Shown: positions 18,560 through 28,559 of the stretch, piece after piece
How the letters are laid out: each line of letters opens with the position of its first letter
Position numbering within the stretch: the stretch's first letter is position 1
Virus record (IMG/VR): IMGVR_UViG_3300027819_000180
Span: 1 to 42,720 of that record
Strand: one strand, 5' to 3'
DNA from: a virus
Lineage: Duplodnaviria > Caudoviricetes
Length of the DNA stretch: 42,720 bases
The notes under the pieces: generated by a model
Databases searched by the model: none
Told to the model about the DNA's origin: nothing
The model's input: the letters and a program-made list of their open reading frames with translations, nothing else
Made by a program: the position numbers and the translations under genes

Positions 18560-20176
18560 ATGGCTGATAAAACAAAGGTAATTAAAATCGAAAGTATTTT
18601 AGGAGGTCAATCACCTGCGGCGTATTTCGGCAGGAACGACCAATTCAGGGCTTCACTTGGCATAAACCCAGCGTTGCCGTTTGATACTGATTCAGGGACG
18701 AGTACTTTAGGTTCTATAGCGAGCGGATTTTTAGTTAACGCATCGTGTACGACTATTTTCACTGTTACCGATAATTTACAGGGTTCGCCTTTTTGGATGG
18801 TTAACAATCCAAAGGACGCGTTTACCTATGTGTATGATTCTACGGGTTCTACGTTTACGGTTGATAAATTAGTCCAGACTCAGGTCGCGCTTAGCGATGG
18901 CGGTACGATGTCAAGCGCGTCCGGTAACGGCGCGGCGTATTACGATAATTATATATATTTCGCGAAGAACACCGATATTGCTCGTTATGGCCCGTTGAAC
19001 GGCGCGGCGGCGTTTGTTGGCACATACTGGACGGGGACATTGGGAAAGACAGCGTTGGGAAATGTTGTTTATCCAGCAAGTGGCAATGTAACGTTACCGA
19101 ATCACGTTATGCACCGTCATTCGGACGGCAAGTTGTACATAGCGGATGTTACGGGAAATCAAGGGGTTATACATTATATCGCCACCAAAAAAACTACTGT
19201 CGAAGGAGATACGGATGACGGTTCGACTTATAACAAACTTATTTTCGGGTATGGTTTATGGCCGATAGTCCTTGAAAGTTACGGTTCGGATTTGGCGATT
19301 GGCATTATCGAATCTGATGTAACTTTGGCGGCTGATACTTTACTCAATTATAGAAAAAGAACAAGAGCGAAAATCGCTTTTTGGGACACTACATCGCAGA
19401 ATTACAACAAAATAACATGGGTGGAATTTCCGGACGCTTACATAACCGCGATGAAAAATATCAACGGCGTGTTGTATGTTTTTTCCACAAGCGGGACGGG
19501 CACAGGTGCTGGTTTTAGGATAACAAGATTCGTGGGAGGGTACACTTTTGAAGAGATAGGGTATTTTGAGAACGGAAGCGCGCCGTTGCAAGGTGCGGTG
19601 GACGGAACGAGTGCCAGACTTTTATTCGGAACCTATGTTGTCACCCCAGAAACGGCAGGCACGGTTTTTTCTCTTGGTCTTCAAAAGAAATCGTTAAGTA
19701 CGGGTTTGTTCAGTGTGGGAAGAACGTCATCAAACAGTCAAGTTACGTCAATAGCATTAGTGCGTTCCAATGGTGGTTTTTATAACGATTCTCCAATCGC
19801 GGGATTTGGAAACACTATTAACGAATTTATAGCTGGTACTTATCTTTCTGCCTCGGTTTTTTGGAGTCAAATTTATAAAATAGGACAACCGTTCAGGATT
19901 ACTAAAATTCGCATTCCTTTGGCCGACAAGTTGTCTTCAGGTTCCGCCGCGAGTAAATCAATAGTACCGAAAATCTATACAGATGACGGAAAGGGAACTA
20001 CTTATACTTTGACGACAATAAACAATACTAACTTCGTTGGCCAGAAGTCCGTTGTTTTTCGGCCCGAATCGCTTACGGGCGACCATAATTTTTGGCTGGA
20101 ACTGCGTTGGGACGGCGCAACTCTTTGCACAGTCGCTTTGCCGATAACAATAGAATTTGAATTATTAGATGACTAA
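18560..20176 (+). CDS. Beta-rich tail / packaged-DNA stabilisation (nozzle-like) protein
   Basis: 538 aa from ATG 18560; G/T/S-rich beta-propeller-like composition; podovirus tail position. Confidence 0.6.
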   Translation: MADKTKVIKIESILGGQSPAAYFGRNDQFRASLGINPALPFDTDSGTSTLGSIASGFLVNASCTTIFTVTDNLQGSPFWMVNNPKDAFTYVYDSTGSTFTVDKLVQTQVALSDGGTMSSASGNGAAYYDNYIYFAKNTDIARYGPLNGAAAFVGTYWTGTLGKTALGNVVYPASGNVTLPNHVMHRHSDGKLYIADVTGNQGVIHYIATKKTTVEGDTDDGSTYNKLIFGYGLWPIVLESYGSDLAIGIIESDVTLAADTLLNYRKRTRAKIAFWDTTSQNYNKITWVEFPDAYITAMKNINGVLYVFSTSGTGTGAGFRITRFVGGYTFEEIGYFENGSAPLQGAVDGTSARLLFGTYVVTPETAGTVFSLGLQKKSLSTGLFSVGRTSSNSQVTSIALVRSNGGFYNDSPIAGFGNTINEFIAGTYLSASVFWSQIYKIGQPFRITKIRIPLADKLSSGSAASKSIVPKIYTDDGKGTTYTLTTINNTNFVGQKSVVFRPESLTGDHNFWLELRWDGATLCTVALPITIEFELLDD

Positions 20177-20642
20177 CATGGAACAATTCAAACAGTATCA
20201 ATTTGAAGAAGAATTGGACACGGTGGAAGATTTTATTTCTACTGGAAATGTTTTGCAAACCGCGAAATCAATAATAGTCGGCAAAGATAAAGTTAGTCTT
20301 GACCCGAATAAAGGATTACTTACCAACTTCGTGGTTCGAGGGGTTAACTCCACAGGTTACTCTTCGGTTGTCGTTTTCGACGCTGACCAAAACGGATTCC
20401 ATCAAGTAAGAACCAACGGGGATTACGGGAACGCTACGATAAATATGAATCACGGCGGCCAGAAAGGACAAGAAATTTATATCAGGGTCGATAATGATTC
20501 CGACGGAAACAAGACGATAACTTTCGGGACGCCTTTCAAAGTAACGGGTACGGTTGCGGGTTCGACCTCCGTATCAGCCATGCTTCATTTCATAAGCGAT
20601 GGCACTAATTTCTGGGAAGTCAGCAGGACTACCGGACTATAA
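20169..20642 (+). CDS. Virion structural protein
   Basis: C-terminal FISDGTNFWEVSR is typical of phage fibre/tail domains. Confidence 0.6.
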   Translation: MTNMEQFKQYQFEEELDTVEDFISTGNVLQTAKSIIVGKDKVSLDPNKGLLTNFVVRGVNSTGYSSVVVFDADQNGFHQVRTNGDYGNATINMNHGGQKGQEIYIRVDNDSDGNKTITFGTPFKVTGTVAGSTSVSAMLHFISDGTNFWEVSRTTGL

Positions 20643-20644
20643 AT

Positions 20645-21361
20645 ATGGCATTAAACAACGTTGGAGATTTACAAAGTCAGTTCTTAGTAAGAAACAACCG
20701 CACTACGACAGACGCGTTTATTACGGATACTTATTTGAATGATTGGGTGCGCGAGGCGTACAGGTTCGCCTCTGGGTATAAAAAGTGGCCGTTTACCGAA
20801 GGCAGGGTTTCAACGACTTACGTAGCGGACAACACGAGTATTGAGGTAGGCTTTGGTTATCCCGAAGGGTGGAAGCCAGACTCAATAAGATTTCTCCAAG
20901 TCGGAGGCAAGAGATTCAAAAAAACTAACTTCGTGGGATACCAGAAATTCAGAGAGGATTGGTCAAGCAGTAAGGATAAGATTTTCTCGGATTATGGAAT
21001 GCTTTACTTCATCAACCCGAACGCCGATGTTTCGGGAACGACTACCCTGTGGGGACAGTACAACACGATTATTGACCCGACTGATAAGACGGCCACTACG
21101 GTATTTTCGGACATAGACGAAAAAGGAAACGACGCTATCGTGGAACGAATGACCGTTTATCTGAAAAGACGAGAGAATCTTACCAATGAAGCGGCAATAC
21201 ACGATAAACTGGCAAGAGAGATGCTCGAAGAAGTATGGAAGCAAATTGCAGATGAACAATACAACTATCAAGACGCTGATAACGAGGGAATGTTCAAAAG
21301 AGTCGATGTCCTTCGCGGCGACTTTTACTCGGATATAATCAAGAAAAATCAATGGTTCTAA
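20645..21361 (+). CDS. Head-tail adaptor protein
   Basis: LNDWVREAY...KWPF and YPEGW pattern of podovirus adaptor proteins. Confidence 0.6.
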   Translation: MALNNVGDLQSQFLVRNNRTTTDAFITDTYLNDWVREAYRFASGYKKWPFTEGRVSTTYVADNTSIEVGFGYPEGWKPDSIRFLQVGGKRFKKTNFVGYQKFREDWSSSKDKIFSDYGMLYFINPNADVSGTTTLWGQYNTIIDPTDKTATTVFSDIDEKGNDAIVERMTVYLKRRENLTNEAAIHDKLAREMLEEVWKQIADEQYNYQDADNEGMFKRVDVLRGDFYSDIIKKNQWF

Positions 21362-21365
21362 AATA

Positions 21366-23513
21366 ATGGCAACTTACTTTAAAAGCGGACAAACTTTCGC
21401 AGAACAACAACAAGACCCGATAAACAAATTGATGGGTTCGGGGAGTTACAGGGATATTCCCGCTTACATACCTAACGATTATTTCGCGGGAAAAATCAGT
21501 CAGGAAGAAGCAATCGCACTAATTACTGGTACTCCTGTTTTCAACCCGAATATCGGCCCGCAGATAAACACAGGTCAGGGCGTTCAGCCAGCGTCTCAAG
21601 CAGGGTTTCAAGTCAACCCAGAGGTAGGCGCGGGGTTTTCCACGAATCAATCTAATCTAAATCAAGCAAAAGCCCAGGTTCAGCAAATACAACAGCAAGC
21701 TCAACAACCAATACAACCAACACAACCTACTGTGCCTCCCGTAGGCCCGCAAGTAAACTACGGACAAGGAAACGTGCCGTTTACAGGGACATTCAACCCG
21801 CCTCCAGTTACTCCTCTAATTCCTCCGACCCAACCAGCGCAACCAGTGCAACCAACTCCTCAACCGATAACTCTACCAACGCAACCTACAGTCCCGAATC
21901 TTACTCAACCAAATAATCAAGTCGGAGACCTCACGAAAGTCCCTGTGGGTCAGCCGTTTAACTACGGTGGGACGCAATACATAAAAGACGCTTCAGGAGG
22001 GATTGCTCCTTATACCACTCCACAACCTACCCAACCTGCCCCTACTCAACCCGTTCAACCTGTTACCCCAGCACAACAACCGCAATCCGTTCAACCTACT
22101 CAACCAGTTCAGCAACCACAGCAACCGCCTGCGCCAGATTTAACGCTTCCAAACAACCAAGTTGGGGATTTAACTAAGGTGCCTATCGGACAACCATTTA
22201 CTTACGGCGGTAATCAGTATGTAAAAGATACGGGCGGGAATATAACGCCTTTTAGTCCGACAGGAACTCCGCCTCCCGTTTCTCCAATTTCTCCGCAACA
22301 GTATCAATTACAACCAGGAGAGACTCCAGAACAATACAACGCAAGAATTGCTACATTAAGAGGGGATAGCACCGCGCAACTTGCCAATCAGCAAGCTCTT
22401 ACGCAACAAACGACAGGTCAAGGGTTTAATCAAAGTTTCAGTCCTCAACCAACTCAACCGCCAGTAACTCCGCAAGATGCCGCTACTGCAGCGAAAACTG
22501 GAGGTCAGGCCGCCGCTAACGCAGTAACTCAAACATCAAATTACGCTGATTTGTCGCAATCTCTCGCTCAAACGCAAGCAGCCGCTGTTTCGCAGGCCGC
22601 TTTCGCCGACCAAGTAAAAAGTCTTTTGAAAGAATACGGGGTTACGCCACCGAGTTCGACGCAAAGTCCTTATACCGCTTTCGCCGATACGTTCAAACAG
22701 ATTTATCAAAATCTGGGGATGCCGGATATTAAAGCCCAATATGATTCAATCACCAAACAGTACTCCGATTTACAAAACGAACTACAGGATAAAATCTCAA
22801 ACATTAACGATAATCCCTGGATTAGCGAAGGCATAAGATTGACGAATATCCAAAAACTGAAAGATAAATACGAGGCTAAGACAAGTATTCTTACGAATAA
22901 GTTAAAACTCTACAGCGACCTTTACAACAACGGTCAGGAAGAAGCCAAATTTATCGCCACAAGTACATTGACGGCAACTCATCAGAATCAAGTTTTGGCG
23001 CAAGATATGATTTTGAAAGTGATGGATTCGGTAACAAATGCCTCGCAAGCTGAACAAAAATTCCAGCAACAGATTTATCTTCAAAACTTAAAAGATTCCG
23101 CCGATGCGGCGTTAGCTTCTCAAAGAGCGCGAGAAACGGCAGCCACCCCGACAACCGAAATTAAAGATTATCTTTACTCCGTGCAACAAGGCAATACGGG
23201 AACTTTCTTGGATTATATGAACTCGAAGAAAACAAGTCTTACTGAAAGTGTTGTTGATATAAGACAACGCAGAGGAGATTTAGCCGATTTGCTCGGACAA
23301 GTGGCTTCTTACGAAAATAGAGACGAAGCGTTAAGCGAACTCAATAAGTATCAATCATCAATAACTACAAAAGTCGGGCAGGAAGGATTGAATCAACTTC
23401 AGCAAGAAGTTGACAGATTATTCCCTCCGCCAAAAGAGGAAACAAAAGAGGAAATCGGCGGAGGGGTTTTAGGAGTAGTCGGAGGATTCTTCAGTCGTTT
23501 ATTCCAAAGATAA
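21366..23513 (+). CDS. Pro/Gln/Thr-rich putative DNA ejection/internal virion protein
   Basis: 715 aa; low-complexity N-half, coiled-coil C-half. Confidence 0.6.
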   Translation: MATYFKSGQTFAEQQQDPINKLMGSGSYRDIPAYIPNDYFAGKISQEEAIALITGTPVFNPNIGPQINTGQGVQPASQAGFQVNPEVGAGFSTNQSNLNQAKAQVQQIQQQAQQPIQPTQPTVPPVGPQVNYGQGNVPFTGTFNPPPVTPLIPPTQPAQPVQPTPQPITLPTQPTVPNLTQPNNQVGDLTKVPVGQPFNYGGTQYIKDASGGIAPYTTPQPTQPAPTQPVQPVTPAQQPQSVQPTQPVQQPQQPPAPDLTLPNNQVGDLTKVPIGQPFTYGGNQYVKDTGGNITPFSPTGTPPPVSPISPQQYQLQPGETPEQYNARIATLRGDSTAQLANQQALTQQTTGQGFNQSFSPQPTQPPVTPQDAATAAKTGGQAAANAVTQTSNYADLSQSLAQTQAAAVSQAAFADQVKSLLKEYGVTPPSSTQSPYTAFADTFKQIYQNLGMPDIKAQYDSITKQYSDLQNELQDKISNINDNPWISEGIRLTNIQKLKDKYEAKTSILTNKLKLYSDLYNNGQEEAKFIATSTLTATHQNQVLAQDMILKVMDSVTNASQAEQKFQQQIYLQNLKDSADAALASQRARETAATPTTEIKDYLYSVQQGNTGTFLDYMNSKKTSLTESVVDIRQRRGDLADLLGQVASYENRDEALSELNKYQSSITTKVGQEGLNQLQQEVDRLFPPPKEETKEEIGGGVLGVVGGFFSRLFQR
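21894..22253 (+). repeat. Two 40-aa internal repeats, period 240 nt
   Basis: PNLTQPNNQVGDLTKVPVGQPFNYGGTQYIKD (21894) versus PDLTLPNNQVGDLTKVPIGQPFTYGGNQYVKD (22134). Confidence 0.9.
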
Positions 23514-23516
23514 AAT

Positions 23517-25982
23517 ATGGGATTCGCTGATGTATTAGATAAAAAAACTCAAAAGACCGGATTCGGTTCGGTTTTGGGCGGTGGGTTGAGCGGTGGAGGG
23601 TTTGCCCCGAAAGCAGATGTTTCAACGATTGGAGGATTGGAACAAGTAGCGAAAAAAGAAGGACTTGCCGAAAGAGCAAAAGATATTCTGTCCGAGAAAG
23701 GTGAAAAGCCGAAAGAGATTTATTCAGGTGGATTTGTAATGGATATTTTTGACACTCTTAACGCTTTACAGCACGGCGTTACTGGGTTGATAAAAGGCAA
23801 AAGTTTCAGCGAGGGAGTTAAAACCAGACAAAGTTTTTCCGACCAAGATGCTTTGGGAGATTACGGGCTTCCAGGCGCAATCGGCGGGATTGCTTTGGAT
23901 ATTGCAGTTGACCCGTTGACTTATGTTCCTGTTTTCGGTTGGGGCAAGGCGGCGCTGAAAGGGATTAAGGATGTATCGCAAGCGGTGGGAAAAGCGGCGG
24001 TTAAAGCTCCTGTTGTCGGCGGAGCGGCGGAGAAAGTCGGGAATACATTAGGCAGGGCTTTTATTTATCGCTTTGGACAAGACCCGCTTTACAAAGAAAT
24101 CGCTGAACGAAGTATTAGAAATATCGCAGTAGGGAATCAGAATCTTTTAGAACTGGCAAGGCCTCTTACTAAATTAGATTCTGTTACGCAGGTTGCTATC
24201 GCTAACGCCAGAAAAATAGGTGAATTAGAAAAATTACCAACTGAACTTTTGACTAAAGCCAAGCCCGCTTTTGATGAATTGGACAGATTAGGAAAAGAAG
24301 CAGTTGAAGTCGGTTTATTGAAAGCCGAAACCTACGCCGAAAATGTCGGCAGTTATATTGCTCGTCTTTACCGCAAGCACGAAGTTCCTGAAGGGGTAAT
24401 TGGAAAAGTTAAAACATTCTTTGAAGGTAGACCGACAAGAATTGATTTATCCCGATTCAAAAAAAGAACAGACATACCGGAAGATGTTAGAGAAGCAATG
24501 GGTGAAATTATGGAAGCAGGTTATCCAACTGCCAAAGGTTTAGTTCAGTTAAATCAAGCTATTGAAAGGGCTAAATTCTTCGGGGAAGTTGCTGGGAAGT
24601 GGGCGAAAGACACTATTGAAGATGGGTTTACTAAATTGCCAGATGTAAAAACTCTTGGAGCGTTGTCAGGTAAGGCCGTTCCTACTCCGATTTTTGACGA
24701 CATTCAGGAAATTATCAGGGTTAAATCTCCCGCAGAAAAAGTGTTAAGCAAGGTTGTCGGCGGGTTCAAGTTCAGTAAAGTTATTCTCAATCCTGCCACT
24801 CACGCCCGGAATGTGATGAGTAATTTTATTCTTAATAGTTTTGAAGGATTAAGCCCCGCAAGATTGGATATTTACGCAAGTGCGGCGAAACAGATAGCTA
24901 CCAAAGGGGATTTATACCAAGAAGCCCGTAAAGTCGGATTAGGATTAGATACATTTGCCTCAAAAGAATTAAAAGATATTTTACTCGGCCCGGAAGGACT
25001 GGAAGCGGGCAGAAAATTTGGCAATGGTTGGAAAAATGTAGTCAATAAACTCGGAGACATTTACCAAAAAGAAGAAGAATTTGCGAAAATGGCGCAGTAT
25101 ATTTTTCAAAGAGGCAAGGGGCTTACGCCAGAAGACGCATACAAAGCGGCAGAACGAGCGACTTTTAACTATGCTCAAGTTACGCCTTTTATCAGACGTG
25201 TAAGAGAAAGCATTTGGGGATTTCCTTTCGTTACTTTTACTTACAAGGCGACCCCGCAAGTGGCGAAAACCTTGATAACTCAACCGACTAAAATTTCCAA
25301 CATAGGTAAAATCAAAACAGCTATTGAGAATCAAGCGGACTTGAAAGAGTTAGAACGGGAACGAGCCAGCGAGCCGGAATGGATAAGAGATGGGTTTTAT
25401 ATCAAATTGCCAGTTAAAGATAAGTTTGGAAGAAGCGCGTATTTGGACTTGAGTTATATTCTGCCATTCGGAGATTTGATAACCGGTAATTACTTGGAAA
25501 GGGATGTAAGCAGAGAAACTGGATTGCCGGAAAGTCCGGGAGAAGCGGCGATTAAAAAATTGCCTTTTATAAACATAGTCAGAGAACTGGGCAAGAACCA
25601 AGATTTTTACGGAAATAAAATAGTAAAAGAAGGAGACACAATAGACCAACAATTAGGAGACATATTCAGGCATTTGGTTAAAACATATTCTCCGCCCCTT
25701 GTTTCCGAGTTGATTCCCGGTGGGTATAGGGCTACTGGCGAAAGAAAGCCGACTTCTTTTGAAAAGATTTTTGAACTTGAAAAAGGTGGAATAGAAGCTG
25801 GCGGCGCGCAAACAAGAACGGCGGTGCAGGAATTATTAAGACAGGTTGGATTGAAGATTTCACCAGTTGATATTAAACTGCAAGAAAGTTTTATGGAAAG
25901 CGAAAAGAAAAGAGCGTTGAGAACATTGCTCGGTGAAGTCGGGGCAGTAAAAGAATTCAAATCAACATACATACCAAAATGA
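23517..25982 (+). CDS. Large internal virion/ejection protein
   Basis: 821 aa; DIAVDPLTY, NPATHARN, TFNY...FPFVTF, YILPFGD features; last gene before lysis. Confidence 0.65.
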   Translation: MGFADVLDKKTQKTGFGSVLGGGLSGGGFAPKADVSTIGGLEQVAKKEGLAERAKDILSEKGEKPKEIYSGGFVMDIFDTLNALQHGVTGLIKGKSFSEGVKTRQSFSDQDALGDYGLPGAIGGIALDIAVDPLTYVPVFGWGKAALKGIKDVSQAVGKAAVKAPVVGGAAEKVGNTLGRAFIYRFGQDPLYKEIAERSIRNIAVGNQNLLELARPLTKLDSVTQVAIANARKIGELEKLPTELLTKAKPAFDELDRLGKEAVEVGLLKAETYAENVGSYIARLYRKHEVPEGVIGKVKTFFEGRPTRIDLSRFKKRTDIPEDVREAMGEIMEAGYPTAKGLVQLNQAIERAKFFGEVAGKWAKDTIEDGFTKLPDVKTLGALSGKAVPTPIFDDIQEIIRVKSPAEKVLSKVVGGFKFSKVILNPATHARNVMSNFILNSFEGLSPARLDIYASAAKQIATKGDLYQEARKVGLGLDTFASKELKDILLGPEGLEAGRKFGNGWKNVVNKLGDIYQKEEEFAKMAQYIFQRGKGLTPEDAYKAAERATFNYAQVTPFIRRVRESIWGFPFVTFTYKATPQVAKTLITQPTKISNIGKIKTAIENQADLKELERERASEPEWIRDGFYIKLPVKDKFGRSAYLDLSYILPFGDLITGNYLERDVSRETGLPESPGEAAIKKLPFINIVRELGKNQDFYGNKIVKEGDTIDQQLGDIFRHLVKTYSPPLVSELIPGGYRATGERKPTSFEKIFELEKGGIEAGGAQTRTAVQELLRQVGLKISPVDIKLQESFMESEKKRALRTLLGEVGAVKEFKSTYIPK

Positions 25983-26170
25983 TTACATTGGGAATTTCGT
26001 TACTTTCTTTATACTCGCTTTCCAAGTATGAAGATAAAATAGGCAGAAACAGCCAATTATTCTCGTTTCTTTTGATGATGAACTTGGTTATTATCGGCGT
26101 AATTTTGTGGGACTTAATCGGACTAAATGGAGGAATCGGTGGGTCGCCGTATTTAGATTATTACGAATAA
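25979..26170 (+). CDS. Small membrane protein
   Basis: 63 aa with hydrophobic helices; ATGA overlap. Confidence 0.55.
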   Translation: MITLGISLLSLYSLSKYEDKIGRNSQLFSFLLMMNLVIIGVILWDLIGLNGGIGGSPYLDYYE

Positions 26171-26171
26171 A

Positions 26172-26453
26172 ATGCCCCCAGAAATCTTACAACTCGGCGC
26201 AGTAGCAGTTATCTTCCTTTTCGCGGTCAAGGAGTTTTTCGCTTATCTCAGGACTAAAAAAACCAATGGAAATGGAAACTCCTCGTTAAATCAAGCCATC
26301 TTATCTGAACTTCAAATGATGAATGAAAATCATCTCCACGCTTTGAAAGATGCAATCGAAAAAGGAAACGAACGGCTGGTTGATGTGATTCATAGCGACA
26401 ATACAAGAATAATAGAGGCGTTAGGGGAAATTAAAGGTAAATTATCAAAATGA
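26172..26453 (+). CDS. Holin-like protein (N-terminal TM helix plus coiled coil)
   Basis: LGAVAVIFLFAV helix; directly precedes the endolysin. Confidence 0.55.
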   Translation: MPPEILQLGAVAVIFLFAVKEFFAYLRTKKTNGNGNSSLNQAILSELQMMNENHLHALKDAIEKGNERLVDVIHSDNTRIIEALGEIKGKLSK

Positions 26454-27094
26454 AATTAGAAATTTACTATCCCGTTAAACCATTTTCCGTAGGTCAGAAA
26501 TTCGCAGAAAATAAAGCGTGCTCGTTTCCCGATAAAACAGGAGTGGTCTCGGAACTTTCTGATGGGACATGTCCTGTTGGAAAAGTGAAACTTTATCCGC
26601 TTTTGGGAATGGCTAAAGGACATACTGGATTAGACCTCTATGCCCCAGATGGTTGGATAATCCGCGCCCCTTTTGATGGCGTGGTCAAAGAGCTTCAGCT
26701 TGAACCAGAACGAGGACTTGGGGTAGGAGTTATTACCCACGACCGAATAGATATTGGTGAACACGGCACTCATTTCGCTAAAGTCCGTCAATGGCACGGT
26801 AAATTGATTTTTGTGTCATTAGGTCAAACAGTAAAGTGCGGCGACCCGTTGATGTTTGCCGATAATACGGGTTTTTCTTCGGGTTCACATAATCACTTTG
26901 AAATGAAACCCGTAGAGTATAATGCGAACGGGAATCACTACAACGTGTTTCAAGACAATGGCTGGTTTGGTTCGGTTGACCCAACTCCATTTTGGAACGG
27001 AATGTATGCCGAGGATTACAGAAGTTTCTCTGACCAACTTGCTTTCATTCGGAAAAAGGTCGCGGAGCTTTGGAAAATTATATTTAACAAATAA
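26450..27094 (+). CDS. M23 family peptidase (endolysin)
   Basis: HTGLD (HxxxD), APFDGVV, NTGFSSGSHNHF (HxH), VDP. Confidence 0.88.
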   Translation: MKLEIYYPVKPFSVGQKFAENKACSFPDKTGVVSELSDGTCPVGKVKLYPLLGMAKGHTGLDLYAPDGWIIRAPFDGVVKELQLEPERGLGVGVITHDRIDIGEHGTHFAKVRQWHGKLIFVSLGQTVKCGDPLMFADNTGFSSGSHNHFEMKPVEYNANGNHYNVFQDNGWFGSVDPTPFWNGMYAEDYRSFSDQLAFIRKKVAELWKIIFNK

Positions 27095-27095
27095 A

Positions 27096-27314
27096 ATGGA
27101 ATACGCACTTGGAGTATTAGTTTCAATAGTTGTTGAAATAGTTAAAAGATATTTCGCAACTGATACATTAAAAACTTATGTAACTCTCGCTTGTGTTTCT
27201 TTATTGGTTGGCGGGGTTTATGTAGGTCTTTCGATGTCATCATTCTGGCCAGTATTGGTTCAGGTGATAACTGTTTCTGCGGCGTTTCATAACTTGGTTA
27301 TCAGGAGAGTTTAG
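27096..27314 (+). CDS. Holin-like membrane protein
   Basis: 72 aa from ATG 27096; VSIVVEIVK and up to three hydrophobic segments. Confidence 0.65.
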   Translation: MEYALGVLVSIVVEIVKRYFATDTLKTYVTLACVSLLVGGVYVGLSMSSFWPVLVQVITVSAAFHNLVIRRV

Positions 27315-27319
27315 GTTTT

Positions 27320-27363
27320 TAACTTGCGCCGAAGTAAATATCTCTTAGCTTCGGCGTCAGTTA
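27320..27363. terminator. Hairpin closing the lysis module
   Basis: gcgccgaagt (27326-35) pairs with gcttcggcgt (27348-57); outer taact/agtta. Confidence 0.5.
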
Positions 27364-27392
27364 GCAACTTAACATTTTAATAAGGAGGTCGT

Positions 27393-27578
27393 ATGTATAT
27401 TTTCAAATGCTACCTCTGCCATAAAAACATAAATTTATGGGAGGGCGATGCTTACCGCACCGAGATTGTAAGAATCAACGGCCATTGGGTTGAAGTGCAA
27501 GTGCACTTAAATCCTGTCTGCGGGAAAAAGGAAAACCCGTTTCATTTGATTCAAGGAGGACGAAATGAACTGGATTAA
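27393..27578 (+). CDS. Small Cys/His protein
   Basis: SD taaggaggt; CxxC...HxxxxC. Confidence 0.65.
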   Translation: MYIFKCYLCHKNINLWEGDAYRTEIVRINGHWVEVQVHLNPVCGKKENPFHLIQGGRNELD

Positions 27579-27876
27579 GAAATGGTTTATAGAAATTCGC
27601 ATTGTTCTGCTGTTCGCCGTCCTACTGGCTTTGCTTTACTCGCTGGAAGGACGGGCCGAAGACAAACCTCTGGCTGGTTTCAAACCGCTCACGGGAATGA
27701 CTATTTGCCGGGATGTGATGTTGCCCTGCATCCCGATGATTCCGAAGGATACGGATTTGCACTTCGCCGTGTTTTCCCCCGAAGGTCGCCTGATTGCAAT
27801 TACTCGAATTCACGATGGCAAGGAGGAAACAATCTGGGGCAAATTGCCTTTACGAAAAGGCGAGAAAGAAATCTGA
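27565..27876 (+). CDS. Small exported or membrane-anchored protein
   Basis: SD aaggagg; signal-like N-terminus. Confidence 0.7.
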   Translation: MNWIKKWFIEIRIVLLFAVLLALLYSLEGRAEDKPLAGFKPLTGMTICRDVMLPCIPMIPKDTDLHFAVFSPEGRLIAITRIHDGKEETIWGKLPLRKGEKEI

Positions 27877-27888
27877 AAGGAGAACGAA

Positions 27889-28068
27889 ATGCTGTGCCAT
27901 CGTTGTCAGGAACACATCCCTACCGGCTCGGCCTGCTTTTATGAACAATTAAACGGAGGCCATCACTGGTTTTTTTGCTCTACGTGCTGGCCAAAACGCA
28001 ATGACGAACGCGAACAAGCCGAGCAACGCCTCCAGAATGTCGTCAATATGGCGCGAATGACGCATTGA
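27889..28068 (+). CDS. Small zinc-finger protein (59 aa; not in ORF track)
   Basis: SD aaaggag; MLCHRC...FFCSTCW. Confidence 0.65.
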   Translation: MLCHRCQEHIPTGSACFYEQLNGGHHWFFCSTCWPKRNDEREQAEQRLQNVVNMARMTH

Positions 28069-28152
28069 CAACCCGTAAATAGATAGGAAATGCTTAGGGG
28101 CGAAACAGCAATAAGAATAAGGAGGTCTGAATCCCTCCTCGCCCAACCAAAT

Positions 28153-28179
28153 CCTGCTGTGCAAACGGCAGGTTTTTTT
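28153..28179 (+). terminator. Rho-independent terminator
   Basis: cctgctgt-gcaa-acggcagg followed by T7. Confidence 0.85.
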
Positions 28180-28305
28180 GCAAATAAAAAACGCACCACC
28201 CTCATCGGGACATAGGTGCGTTCAAAATGCTATTTTGATTTTATGAGCTCTACATATAAAACGATTCTTGACAGAATAGGATACTTATATTGTCGTTATG
28301 GAAAA

Positions 28306-28348
28306 AGTGTATAAACTGGTTGCGAAAGACGGCGAAATGGTGTATATT
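28306..28348 (+). promoter_or_regulatory. Sigma70-like promoter with DnaA-box-like site
   Basis: AGTGTATAA 28306-14; TTGCGA 28320-25, 17 bp spacer, TATATT 28343-48. Confidence 0.5.
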
Positions 28349-28382
28349 CAAAGTGGTTAGAGTGATAGCGTCCCTTTAGGTA

Positions 28383-28510
28383 GCGGAGAAAAGGATTGTT
28401 CGTGCTTTAAGTTATCAACGAGAGTTGGTATATCATTCATTGGGCAGGAGCAGTTCTTTCTCTCCGCCAGAGCTGTGATAGTTCCTGTAATTATCCATTT
28501 CTGGCGGGGA
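28383..28510 (+). ncRNA. Candidate structured leader with mutually exclusive helices
   Basis: 28383-28401 pairs with 28448-28467; alternatively 28461-28471 pairs with 28500-28510. Confidence 0.45.
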
Positions 28511-28559
28511 AACCAAGCGGTTCGTTGCAACTTTACAATGATTATGTTACGATAATCAT

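Noticed and set aside
28268-28291. TTGACA promoter
   Set aside because: The nearest -10-like hexamer is only 12 bp away.
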